From contig DASCQF010000010.1 in the NCBI GenBank assembly GCA_036012905.1, positions 7,991 through 71,990 of the forward strand: 64,000 nucleotides of DNA, read 5' to 3'. The stretch comes from Vicinamibacterales bacterium. GTDB lineage: Bacteria > Acidobacteriota > Vicinamibacteria > Vicinamibacterales > UBA8438. This document shows positions 37,873 to 47,592 of the stretch, in pieces. The notes under the pieces were generated by a model that worked only from the letters and a program-made list of their open reading frames with translations, was not told the origin of the DNA and ran no database searches. Numbering within the stretch: the first letter of the stretch is position 1; every line of letters begins with the position of its first letter. The position numbers and the translations under genes were made by a program.

Positions 37873-38340
37873 ATGCGGCGTCTGCTTGTCGGGTCTGTGC
37901 TCGTCCTTCTAGTTGCCACACCATCGCTTGCGCAGGGTCCTTCCGCTCAGGTCTCCGATCTCGCCTGGATGACGGGCCACTACAGCAGCGAGTCGCTCGA
38001 GGAGAACTGGGCAGAGCCCAAAGGAGGCTCCATCGCCTCGCTCGTCAGAGGGATCGGCGACGGGGCGACGAACATGATCGAGCTCATCGTCATCGAGGAA
38101 GAGGGGAACTCCCTGACCCTTCGACTCAAGCAGTGGGACCCCGGGATGGATCCGCGCGCGGAGGGCTTCCAGGTGATGGAGCTGGTCGAGATCGGCAACA
38201 AGAAGGTCGTCTTCAAGAACACCGGCGAGGTCGGCCTGCAGCAACTCGGCTACAGCCTGAACGGGGATCAGTTCACGATTTCAGTCACGACAGCTCAGGG
38301 CGCGTTCGACATTCCCCTGACCCGACAGTCGGCCCACTAA
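37873..38340 (+). CDS. DUF6265-like secreted protein
   Basis: Signal peptide; LAWMTGHY...EENWAEPKGGS; LRLKQW; VVFKN. Confidence 0.65.
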   Translation: MRRLLVGSVLVLLVATPSLAQGPSAQVSDLAWMTGHYSSESLEENWAEPKGGSIASLVRGIGDGATNMIELIVIEEEGNSLTLRLKQWDPGMDPRAEGFQVMELVEIGNKKVVFKNTGEVGLQQLGYSLNGDQFTISVTTAQGAFDIPLTRQSAH

Positions 38341-38380
38341 CAGCCCAAGGACTCGGCCATTCTGGACGGCTGTCGTGGTC

Positions 38381-39505
38381 TCAGTAGACGACCACGAACG
38401 TGTCGTCCGGCTGGGCCAGGGCGAACGGCACGCTGCCTTCGGGAAGACTGAGTGCGCCGCCGCCATGCGCGGGTGTCGGTCGGCCGGCGGGGTCGAAAAC
38501 CTGCCAGTGGAGCATGCCGCCGGTGCGCAACCCGGACCCGTCGCCCCACGCCAGGAGGGTTTCGCCCCGGTGGTTCACCGCCACCGCTGGATTCTTCCGG
38601 CGTGCATCGGCCTGTCCCGGCGGCGAGACCGGGTCGGAGAGACGGTCGACGGCCGCAAAGTAGACCTGCCCCTGTGTCTCCCACGCCACCGTCATTCCGG
38701 AGGGGCCCGGACTGAGGCTCGTCGTTGCCACGGGGCATGCGCCGACGTTCCACGGCTGGATGAGCTCATCGGTGAAGCTTGTGCCGCCGTCACGTGAGGT
38801 CAACAGACGCTGACCACGCCGCACGTTGTCACCGGCACCCCGGTAGGAGACGTAGACCGCGCCCGCATCGTCGGCCAGCGCGGCCGGGCGGCAGCAGGCA
38901 CAGGCACCCGCGGATTCGGTGTTGACCGGCAGGCTCGGCTCGAAGATCAAACCGCCGTCGCGTGACACCACCATGTAGAGCGATCGCTCGGCGTCCTCCA
39001 CCGCGCCGCTGTGCCAGAACAGGTAGACGGTGCCGTCGGGGCCGGCCGCAACCGCCGGGCCCGCTTCCACCCCGTCGCCAGTTGCCACGCCAAACTGCTC
39101 CTCGAAACCCGGGCCCTCCTCGTTCGAGCGCGTGTAGAAGAAGGCTGGCGGACTGATGCGAAACCAGGCGATGTGCAGGCGGCCCTTCGGTCCAAGGGCG
39201 AGCTGCCCGCCGTCCACCGGGCCGAAACCGGTCACCGTGCCTGCCGCACTGTTCACCTGCTGCGGGTTCGACCAGCCTGTCTCGCCAGGCACACGTGTCG
39301 CATACATGAGGTCGCCGTGCTGGGCATCTCCCACGACGTAGACCAGATGCACGGTGCCGGTACCGTCGACGACCGCCTGCGGCAGGCGGCCACCCTCCGG
39401 GATAGACAGCGTGACGACAGTTTGGCCCAACGCGGGCGGCGCCCAGAGGGCGCCGATCAGCAGCAGGAGGACGACACAGACGACACGACTGCAGCGATAC
39501 GGCAT
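38381..39505 (-). CDS. Secreted BNR/Asp-box (sialidase-fold) protein with CxCC motif
   Basis: SRDGGLIF and SRDGGTSF Asp-boxes; GACACCRP; WNVGACP. Confidence 0.8.
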   Translation of the reverse strand: MPYRCSRVVCVVLLLLIGALWAPPALGQTVVTLSIPEGGRLPQAVVDGTGTVHLVYVVGDAQHGDLMYATRVPGETGWSNPQQVNSAAGTVTGFGPVDGGQLALGPKGRLHIAWFRISPPAFFYTRSNEEGPGFEEQFGVATGDGVEAGPAVAAGPDGTVYLFWHSGAVEDAERSLYMVVSRDGGLIFEPSLPVNTESAGACACCRPAALADDAGAVYVSYRGAGDNVRRGQRLLTSRDGGTSFTDELIQPWNVGACPVATTSLSPGPSGMTVAWETQGQVYFAAVDRLSDPVSPPGQADARRKNPAVAVNHRGETLLAWGDGSGLRTGGMLHWQVFDPAGRPTPAHGGGALSLPEGSVPFALAQPDDTFVVVY

Positions 39506-39598
39506 TGACCCAAACCCAGGGCTCAGTTCAGTTGATTCTGTGGCGACACACCCGAACTGCGGTCTAGCAGCTCACAACGCGTGGCGTGCGGGTTCATC

Positions 39599-40630
39599 TT
39601 ATGGTTCCTGCGTCGAGGCCTCGCGGGCGTCGATCACGCGCTGCCCACTGAGCGCGTTGGGGACCGCATAGTTGCCTTCGTGGCAGGCATACTCGTACAT
39701 CTCGTAATCGGGTTCGGCCGTGAGCGGCATCGAGATCGTCCAGGGCTGGGTGTAGACGTTGGGATCATTGATGGTGACGGTCCAGATGATGGTGCTCTCT
39801 GAGACGCGATGGTAGCGCTCGACCACGTGGAGCGCCTTGCTCACCGGAATGCCCTTCAGGCGCGCACCCGCCGAGCTCGACGCGATCCAGCCGCGATTGT
39901 GGAAGTTCTGCGTCTCGACCACCAGGTCGTCACCGTCCCAGTGTGCGCGCGCATCCCCCATCCACTGCCGGATGCGGTCGTCGATGAACGGCTCGTCTGC
40001 CAGCGGGATGATCCGCACGTCGTGGATCATCTCGTGCTGAATCGCGATGTGGTCGGGTGTCTGCACGATGCGATAGACGTTGTTGTACCCGGCCGGAAGC
40101 ATCGAGCCCGGGACACCGCGTGACAGGCACCGATCCCACACGCTCATGTTCTCGTAGTGATCGCCGTTGTGCGCAAGGTTGTAGGCCTTCGTGTCGAGCG
40201 CCCACTGCTTGACCGGCGCCCGGCCTTCCGGTGGGTCGACGATCAATGAGGTCTGCCCGGTCGACAGCACGGTGTCGCCCGAGTCGAGCCAGTAACTGCC
40301 GTAGCCGCCGACGTTTCTGCCGGCCTCGTATCTCTGCGCCGGCGCGTCGTCCCGCGCCTGCTCGTCCACAGCTCGTTGCTGGTTGATCGCCGCCATCTCC
40401 TCAGCGGTCAGAAAGGCCCTGCCTTCATTCGAACGGCGCTCCATCGGCGTCAGGGTCTTGTTTCCCCACTTGCCCTGCAGGTCCGGCTGGCCGTCGGCCG
40501 TCCGCGGCATCGTCCAGTTGGGGTCGAGCACGCGTTCGACCTGGGCAGTCGCCAACGGGGCACCCACAAGCGCGCAAGTGAGCGTGACAACGGCGATAAC
40601 CAGTGCCCTGTGGGCAATGCATGTCTGCAT
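39599..40630 (-). CDS. Conserved secreted hypothetical protein (EYACHEGN family), paralogue 2
   Basis: RTADGQPDLQG, TSLIVDPPEGR, DRC, YNN, EMIHDVRII, YEYACHEGN. Confidence 0.8.
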   Translation of the reverse strand: MQTCIAHRALVIAVVTLTCALVGAPLATAQVERVLDPNWTMPRTADGQPDLQGKWGNKTLTPMERRSNEGRAFLTAEEMAAINQQRAVDEQARDDAPAQRYEAGRNVGGYGSYWLDSGDTVLSTGQTSLIVDPPEGRAPVKQWALDTKAYNLAHNGDHYENMSVWDRCLSRGVPGSMLPAGYNNVYRIVQTPDHIAIQHEMIHDVRIIPLADEPFIDDRIRQWMGDARAHWDGDDLVVETQNFHNRGWIASSSAGARLKGIPVSKALHVVERYHRVSESTIIWTVTINDPNVYTQPWTISMPLTAEPDYEMYEYACHEGNYAVPNALSGQRVIDAREASTQEP

Positions 40631-40647
40631 GGCGCGGCTCCTTTTTC

Positions 40648-40659
40648 GCCGATTATACC
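40648..40659 (-). promoter_or_regulatory. -10 element GGTATAATCGGC
   Basis: Directly upstream of AAGGAG RBS and ATG 40630. Confidence 0.65.
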
Positions 40660-40687
40660 TTGCTGCTGTCGGAAACAGGCGCGGTGG

Positions 40688-40835
40688 CTAGTCGGCGGCG
40701 GCTGTCCCGGGGAGGTTCATTCGACGGAGGAGCGCCTGGAAGCGGGGATCAGAGCGGAGCGGATCCCAGAGTCGGATCGACCGCACCCAGCCCAGATACC
40801 CGTGGCGGTCGTCGAACGCCTGGGCGAGCCACTCC
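40688..40835 (-). pseudogene. C-terminal remnant of a TPR-tailed kinase/adenylate-cyclase-type protein
   Basis: Manual translation EWLAQAFDDRHGYLGWVRSIRLWDPLRSDPRFQALLRRMNLPG...stop. Confidence 0.7.
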
Positions 40836-40892
40836 GAGCAGGTGATGAGGAGCTCGACCACGTCGAGTCGAGGTCACCTTCGCAAGGCGCTG

Positions 40893-42276
40893 TCAGGGTG
40901 TGGATACGAGGCGCCGGAGCTCTCGCCACCAGTTACTGCACGATGACCACCTGGTGGCCAGTCGAGGGCGCACTGACGGTGTCAACGTCTCGAATCATCA
41001 GGAACCGCCCGTCTGGAGACAGGTCGTAGGGGCGACCGGGAGTCGCCTGCGTGACTTGGCCGTCAATCAAGATCTCAGGGATACCCGGCCTCAATCCGTC
41101 GTTGGTCTCCATGGCAACGACCATCAGGCGGCTAACGCCATCGAGAAAAAAGAGCTCGCGACCGTCCGGTCCCCACACTGGCCACGTCCCACCTTCGCCT
41201 GACACCATCCATTTCCCCTCACCCAGATTAGGAAACGGCTGAACGTAGATCCCGGACCGACTCGACGTCTTCGACTCGTAGGCGATCCACTCTCCGTCGG
41301 GTGAAATCTCTGCGTTGCGCTCTGTGGCCCCCGTGGGAAACAAGGGTTGCGTCGCGCCATCCTCCAGCGACAGCAGGGCCAGCCCCCTCCCTGTCTCGAA
41401 TGCCCGCTCCTCGACCAGGAGCCACCTCCCGTCGGGTGAGATCGTATGTGGCACCGGTTCCTTCTCACTTTGCGTCAGCCGTTCAACGCCCCCGGTGCCG
41501 TCGGCCGCCTTGGCGAAAAGTTGGGCCGGCCCCTCCCTCCGCGACGCAAAGATCACACGCTGGCCGTCCGGTGTCCAAATAGGGCGCACGTCCTGTGCCG
41601 CATCGAATGTGAGGCGGGTCAGCGCCTCAGCGCCGAGGTTCAGAATCCACACATCGGCGTTCTCCTGATCGAGAATGCTGAGCGCCGCCCGTCTCCCATC
41701 GGGGGACACCCGCGGCCAGTCATAGGCACGCGGCGGCAGCCCGAGTGGCTGTTCCCGTCCCTGGCGGTCGACCCACGTGAGGCTCCGGCGAGGGACCCCG
41801 TCTGTTGCCCCCCCGGCGACAAAGACCAACGACCCGTCATGCGACAGGGCGAAGCTCGCAGCGCCGCTGACCCCCTTCGTCTTGACGTTCTCCAGGACCG
41901 GCACCGGATTCCCACCGACGACTTCCCGTTGCCCCAAGTCGAAGCCGACCGCCCACAACGTGCCGCCGACGCCGTATAGGATGTGCCCGGTGGGCGAGTA
42001 CCGTGCGTGGCTCCCTCCGGCCAGCAGGTGGCTGACCTCACCGGTCTCCAACGACAGCACCGCGACGCGAGCGTCCTCAGCGGAACCTGACCAGACGGTA
42101 AAGAGCACACTGTGGTTGGGTAGCAGCTCCGGCCAGCTGTGTGCCATCTCGCCCCGCTCCGAATCGACGGACGTCAGAAGCTCCGGCTCGCCGGCCGCCC
42201 GCACCACGCTCCACCGCGTGGTCTCAAAGCTCCGTGGACCACCTATTCCGGATGAGTCCTGACCGTTCGTTGCCAT
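40893..42276 (-). pseudogene. Chimeric ORF: ECF sigma-factor N-terminus fused to the PD40 tail of a Ser/Thr kinase, with a frameshift near the end
   Basis: FETTRWSVVRAAG followed directly by PD40 blades (SPDG.., WTPDG, WGPDGRELFF); an extra base gives TAA at 40933-40935 and NWWRELRRLVSTP* continues in a shifted frame to 40893. Confidence 0.7.
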
Positions 42277-42333
42277 ACTGTCGTCTGTCGCCTGATCGTC
42301 TGGCGGCCCACTGAGGCTGGCGACCGACTCGGC

Positions 42334-43578
42334 TCAGTCGGCCGGTTCGATGCGCAGCAGGGCGGCCTCGCCCCCCGCCGGGTCGACGCCGAGAAAGCCG
42401 CCCGCGGTCAAGACGTAGATCAGACCGTCCGGGCCCTGCTTCACATCGCGAATGCGCCGTCTGAGACCGGCCAGCAGCCATTCCCGTCGCTGTTCGAGCC
42501 CCTGCTGGTTGAACTTGATCCGCTCTAGATGCCCGGTGCGCTCGACGCGACCCGTCATCAGCGAGCCCACGAAGAGATCGCCGCGCCACGCGGGAAAACG
42601 ATCGCCGGTGTAGAACATCAGCCCTGACGGGCCGATCGAAGGAATCCAGACGAACTCCGGCTGCACGAAGTCTTCCCGCCAGGGACGCTCCGTGACGCGC
42701 TGGCCCGTGTACTCACGCGAGTAGGACACGACCGGCCACCCATAATTCTGCCCGGGACGGATGATGTTGACCTCGTCCCCACCCTGCGGCGCGTGCTCGC
42801 TGGCCCAGAGCTCCCCGGTATCGGGATGGATGGCGACGCCCATCTGATTGCGATGGCCCAGTGAGAACACCTCGGGCTCGGCGTCGGCCTGGCCCACGAA
42901 CGGGTTCTCCTCAGCCGCGACGCCATCGTCGCGTAGCCTCAGCATCTTGCCGACGTGACTGGCCGGGTCCTGGGCAGCGGGGCGTCGCCCCCCGAAGGCG
43001 CCACCCAGCGTCATGAACAGCGTACCGTCAGGCGCGAACAACAGACGCGACGCCCCGGCTGCGGCGCCGTCACCATTGCTGACGAACAGATCTCGTACCT
43101 CGGACAGGACCTGGCCCTCGAGACGCCCCCTGGCCAGCGCCACTGTCGACCCGGTCTCGGTCGGCTTCGAGTAGGTCAGATACACCCAGCGGTTGTCCGA
43201 GAACTCCGGGTGCACCGCGACATCCATCAATCCCGCCAACGCCTGCCCGGTGTACACCTCGGGCACGCCCGACAGCGGGGTCGGCTCCAGGACGCCGTTG
43301 CGAATCACTCTCAGGGTGCCCAGCCGCTCGGTGACGAGCACGCTCCCGTCGGGCAGGAACGTGAATCCCCAGGGATAGGTCAGTCCGTCTGTCACGACGC
43401 TCACCCGGATGCGCTGGCCCTCAGCCGTCCCGTACTCCACCGGAGGGTCCGGCAGGGGGACGACAGGGATGCCCTCGGCGGCAAAGGGCTCCGCATCAGG
43501 CTGCTGCGCATCGAGCACATACGACGCCAGCATGACGAGCAGTGTCGCGCCAACGAGAACGGCGATGAAACGATGCAT
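42334..43578 (-). CDS. PQQ-dependent soluble aldose sugar dehydrogenase (YliI/sGDH family)
   Basis: PWGFTFLPDG..LVTER, GLMDVAVHPEF, GHRNQMG, EHAPQGGDEVN, NYGWP, RIRDV.QGPDG. Confidence 0.92.
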   Translation of the reverse strand: MHRFIAVLVGATLLVMLASYVLDAQQPDAEPFAAEGIPVVPLPDPPVEYGTAEGQRIRVSVVTDGLTYPWGFTFLPDGSVLVTERLGTLRVIRNGVLEPTPLSGVPEVYTGQALAGLMDVAVHPEFSDNRWVYLTYSKPTETGSTVALARGRLEGQVLSEVRDLFVSNGDGAAAGASRLLFAPDGTLFMTLGGAFGGRRPAAQDPASHVGKMLRLRDDGVAAEENPFVGQADAEPEVFSLGHRNQMGVAIHPDTGELWASEHAPQGGDEVNIIRPGQNYGWPVVSYSREYTGQRVTERPWREDFVQPEFVWIPSIGPSGLMFYTGDRFPAWRGDLFVGSLMTGRVERTGHLERIKFNQQGLEQRREWLLAGLRRRIRDVKQGPDGLIYVLTAGGFLGVDPAGGEAALLRIEPAD

Positions 43579-43608
43579 CCTTCCCTCCCGGCAGATGTTG
43601 TTGAGGAT

Positions 43609-43620
43609 GCCGATTATACC
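43609..43620 (-). promoter_or_regulatory. -10 element GGTATAATCGGC
   Basis: 31 bp upstream of ATG 43578. Confidence 0.65.
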
Positions 43621-43679
43621 CGCCGCATCCGTCGCTCCGGCCACCACTCATCCTGGCAGACAGAGCAGACACGCCCGCG

Positions 43680-45659
43680 TCAGGCGACCGCGGGGGCAGC
43701 GAACTGGACGTTGTAGAGCGCGGCGTAGGCGCCGTTGGCCCGGAGCAGCGCTTCGTGCGTGCCCTGCTCGACGATTTGCCCCGCCTCCATCACCAGAATC
43801 AGGTCCGCGTCGCGGATTGTGGAGAGCCGGTGCGCGATCACAAAACTCGTGCGGTCGGTGCGCAGCGCGGCCATCGCATGCTGCAGCAGCAGCTCCGTGC
43901 GGGTGTCGACCGAGCTCGTCGCCTCGTCGAGAATCAGCAACGCCGGATCGGCCAGAAACGCGCGCGCGATCGTGATCAGCTGGCGCTCGCCGGCGCTGAG
44001 GTTGCCCCCCGCCTCATCGACCACCGTGTCGTACCCCTCGGGCAGGCTGTGGACGAACCGGTCGACGAATGTGGCCCGCGCGGCTTCGAGGATGTCTGCC
44101 TCAGATGCCTCCGGGCACCCGTAGGCGATGTTGTCGCGAATCGTGCCCTCGAAGAGCCAGGTATCCTGCAGCACCATGCCGATCTCGGCGCGCAGGTCGG
44201 CCCGGTGCATCTCGGTGATATCGGTGCCGTCCAGCGTAATCCGCCCGGCGTCGACGTCGTAGAACCGCATGATCAGGTTGACCAGCGTGGTCTTGCCCGC
44301 CCCGGTCGGGCCGACGATGGCTACGGTGTGTCCCGGGGCGGCCACGAGCGACAGGTCCGTGATCAGCGGCGCATCAGGTGCGTAGCGGAACGAGATCTCT
44401 TCGAACTCAACGCAACCACGCTGTTCCACCGGGAGGGCAGCGGCGGCATGCTCGGCGGGCTCCTCTTCGGCATCGAGCAGCTCAAACACCCGTTCCGCCG
44501 AGGCCACACCTGACTGTAGAAGATTGACCATAGAAGCCACCTGCGTCAGCGGCTGGGTGAACTGCCGGGAATATTGGATGAACGCCTGCACCTCACCGAG
44601 GCTCATCGCCCCATTCGCGACCCGGAGCCCGCCAACGACGGCAATCGCCACGTAGTTCAGATTGCCGATGAACATCATCATCGGCATGATCAGGCCCGAG
44701 ACGAACTGTGCGCCGAAACTAGCCGTGAACAGCTCCTCGTTCTCGCGGTCGAAGCGCGCCTCGACGTCGCGGCGCCGGCCAAAGACCTTGGTCAGCTCGT
44801 GCCCGGTGAACGCCTCTTCGACCTGGGCGCTAAGGGTGCCGGTATGCCGCCACTGCGAGACAAACAGCGCTTGAGAGCGCTTCATGACGAGTCCCGCGAC
44901 CAGCATGCTCACAGGAATCGTGACCAGGGCGATCAGCGCCAGCGTCGGCGAGATGAAGAGCATCATCGCCACCACACTCAATACCGTGAGTAGCGAAGTG
45001 AGCAGCTGGCTCATCGTCTGGGACAGACTCTGCGACACGTTGTCGATGTCGTTGGTTACCCGGCTCAGCAGCTCACCTCGCGGCTGGCGGTCGAAGTAGC
45101 CGAGCGGGACCCGGTTGATCTTCTCTTCGACCTCGGCACGCATCCGGTAGACCGTGCCCTGAACCACATCGTTCACCAGATAGCCCTGCAGCCAGCTCAG
45201 CACCGACCCCACGACATAGAGCGAGATCACCAGGGCCAGCACCTGGCCCACCGCTCCGAAGTCCACGCCCTGGCCGGGCACGACGTTGTCCATCGCCGCT
45301 ATCATGTCGGCCAGCCGGGTGGCGCCGGACGCCCGCATCGACTCGAGAGCCTGCTCGACGCCGACACCGGACGGCAGCTGCTGGCCGAACAGGCCGGCGA
45401 AGATCAGGTCGGTGGCCCGGCCGAGAATCCTGGGCCCGACCGCGAACAGCGCCACGCTGACCACAGCCAGCACCAGGATTGCGCCGACCTTGCCGCGCTC
45501 GGGACGCATCCGAGCCAGCACGCGCCTTGCCGAGGGCCCGAAGGCGATCGATTTCTGGCCGACAATCGGGCCGCTCATCGGCCCACGGCCAGGTCCACCA
45601 GCCCGGATCCGTTCCGTCTGTTTCATTGTGCCGGCCGGGCCCATGCCCTGGGCGCTCAT
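43680..45659 (-). CDS. Heterodimeric ABC exporter subunit B (TMD+NBD)
   Basis: GPTGAGKT, LSAGERQ, LILDE, IAHR; ATGA overlap with the upstream subunit. Confidence 0.93.
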   Translation of the reverse strand: MSAQGMGPAGTMKQTERIRAGGPGRGPMSGPIVGQKSIAFGPSARRVLARMRPERGKVGAILVLAVVSVALFAVGPRILGRATDLIFAGLFGQQLPSGVGVEQALESMRASGATRLADMIAAMDNVVPGQGVDFGAVGQVLALVISLYVVGSVLSWLQGYLVNDVVQGTVYRMRAEVEEKINRVPLGYFDRQPRGELLSRVTNDIDNVSQSLSQTMSQLLTSLLTVLSVVAMMLFISPTLALIALVTIPVSMLVAGLVMKRSQALFVSQWRHTGTLSAQVEEAFTGHELTKVFGRRRDVEARFDRENEELFTASFGAQFVSGLIMPMMMFIGNLNYVAIAVVGGLRVANGAMSLGEVQAFIQYSRQFTQPLTQVASMVNLLQSGVASAERVFELLDAEEEPAEHAAAALPVEQRGCVEFEEISFRYAPDAPLITDLSLVAAPGHTVAIVGPTGAGKTTLVNLIMRFYDVDAGRITLDGTDITEMHRADLRAEIGMVLQDTWLFEGTIRDNIAYGCPEASEADILEAARATFVDRFVHSLPEGYDTVVDEAGGNLSAGERQLITIARAFLADPALLILDEATSSVDTRTELLLQHAMAALRTDRTSFVIAHRLSTIRDADLILVMEAGQIVEQGTHEALLRANGAYAALYNVQFAAPAVA

Positions 45660-47392
45660 GCCAGCTCCTCGGCGCTGAGCTGCGACTCGACGATCTCCTG
45701 GTACGTGCTGCACGCGGCCAGCAGCTCCTCGTGCCGACCCAGCCCGACCACGTTGCCGTCTTCGAGCACGAGGATCTGGTCCGCGTCGAGGATGGTGGAT
45801 ATTCGTTGCGCGACGACAACCACGGCGGCCTCGCGGGTGACCGGCTTCAGCGCGTGTCGCAGTCGCCCGTCGGTGGCCAGGTCGAGCGCCGAGAACGAAT
45901 CGTCGAAGAGGTAGATTTCGGGGTTGCTGATCAGGGCCCGTGCAATCGCGAGGCGTTGCCGCTGCCCGCCGGAGACGTTCGTGCCGCCCTGGACGATCGT
46001 CGCCTCGAGCCCGTCGGGCATCTCCTCGACGAACGCGCGGGCCTGGGCGATCTCGAGCGCCGCCCACATCTCTTGCTCGGTCGCATCCGGTCGGCCGTAG
46101 CGGAGATTGGAGGCGACGGTGCCAGAGAACAGATAGCCCTGCTGCGGCACCAGTCCGATCTTGCTCCACAGCAGGTCGGGGTCGAGCCGGCGCACGTCCA
46201 CGCCGTCGACACTGACCTCGCCGCCGGTGACGTCGAAGAGCCGCGGGACCAGACCCAGCAACGTGCTCTTACCGGCACCGGTCGACCCAATGATGGCGGT
46301 TGTCTGCCCGGGCTCTGCCGCGAAGCTGATGCCCCTCAGTACCGGCTCGCTCGCGCCCGGGTAGCTAAACTCCACGCCCGAAAACCGAAGCGTCGCCCGC
46401 TCGCCCAGCTCGGTGACCGGCACCGACGGCGGCACGACGGACGACTCGGTATCGAGCACCTCGACAATTCGGTCGGCGCTGACCGTGGCGCGCGGTACGA
46501 GCACCAGCATGAAGGTCGCCATCATCACCGCGATCAGGATCTGGATCAGGTAGGCAAGGAAGGCGGTCAGCGAGCCGACCTGCATCAGCCCGGCATCTAC
46601 CCGCTGTCCGCCGAACCACAGCACGGCGACACTGGACACGTTCAGAATCAGGATCACCACGGGAAACATCACGGCCATCCAGCGGCCCACCCGCAGGGCA
46701 ACATCGGTGAGTGCCCGATTCGCCGTGTCGAAACGGCGGGCCTCGAACGGCTCCCGCACGAACGCCCGGACCACCCGGATACCGGTGATCTGTTCGCGCA
46801 GTGTCTTGTTGACGGCGTCGATGCGCGTCTGCATGGCGCGATAGCTGGGCACCATTCGAGAGATCACCACGCCGAGACTGACGACCAGGGCCGGCACGCT
46901 GACGACCAGCAGCCAGGACAGGCCGACGTCTTCGCGGAGCGCCATGACCACCCCGCCCACCATCATGATCGGTGCCGTGACCATCATCGTGCAGCTGAGC
47001 AGGACGAGCATCTGGACCTGCTGCACATCGTTGGTCGTGCGCGTGATCAGGGACGGGGCGCCGAAGTGGGTGACCTCACGGCTCGAGAAAGACCCGACCC
47101 GGTGGAACACCGCCGCGCGCACGTCCCGCCCGAACCCCATGGCGGTGCGTGCCCCGAAATAGACGGCGGCCACGGTGGCGGCAACCTGCACCAGCGCGAC
47201 CGCCAGCATGACCACACCGACGCGCATGATGTAGGACGTGTCGCCCCGTGCGACGCCGCTGTCGATGATGTCGGCGTTCAAACTCGGCAGGAAGAGCGCC
47301 GCGATCGTGGCCGCAAATTGGAGGCCGACTACCCCCAGGAGCCACATGCGATATGGCCGCAGATAGGTGCGGAGCAACCGTAGCAACATCAT
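45656..47392 (-). CDS. Heterodimeric ABC exporter subunit A (TMD+NBD, degenerate site)
   Basis: GSTGAGKS, VSGGQRQR, YLFDD, VAQR. Confidence 0.93.
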   Translation of the reverse strand: MMLLRLLRTYLRPYRMWLLGVVGLQFAATIAALFLPSLNADIIDSGVARGDTSYIMRVGVVMLAVALVQVAATVAAVYFGARTAMGFGRDVRAAVFHRVGSFSSREVTHFGAPSLITRTTNDVQQVQMLVLLSCTMMVTAPIMMVGGVVMALREDVGLSWLLVVSVPALVVSLGVVISRMVPSYRAMQTRIDAVNKTLREQITGIRVVRAFVREPFEARRFDTANRALTDVALRVGRWMAVMFPVVILILNVSSVAVLWFGGQRVDAGLMQVGSLTAFLAYLIQILIAVMMATFMLVLVPRATVSADRIVEVLDTESSVVPPSVPVTELGERATLRFSGVEFSYPGASEPVLRGISFAAEPGQTTAIIGSTGAGKSTLLGLVPRLFDVTGGEVSVDGVDVRRLDPDLLWSKIGLVPQQGYLFSGTVASNLRYGRPDATEQEMWAALEIAQARAFVEEMPDGLEATIVQGGTNVSGGQRQRLAIARALISNPEIYLFDDSFSALDLATDGRLRHALKPVTREAAVVVVAQRISTILDADQILVLEDGNVVGLGRHEELLAACSTYQEIVESQLSAEELA

Positions 47393-47435
47393 CGTCGTAG
47401 GGTTTTCCGCCGGGACGCCACCGCCGAGGCACCAA

Positions 47436-47592
47436 GGGCCAGCGCAAGACTAACTTCCCATTTTCGGCCGCCGATCCATCCCGCCTGGCAGCGTTGCTCG
47501 TCGGTCGAATACTGTCCGTATGCTCCCTCCTCGCGCCTGGCCAACCGGGCGCCTCGACGCCCCAAGAGGGGCACTCATTCTTGCGCGGACCC
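47436..47592 (-). mobile_element. 157-bp MITE, copy 1 (one degenerate TIR)
   Basis: Reverse complement closely matches 54469..54625; ends gggccagcgcaagactaa / tcattcttgcgcggaccc. Confidence 0.85.
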
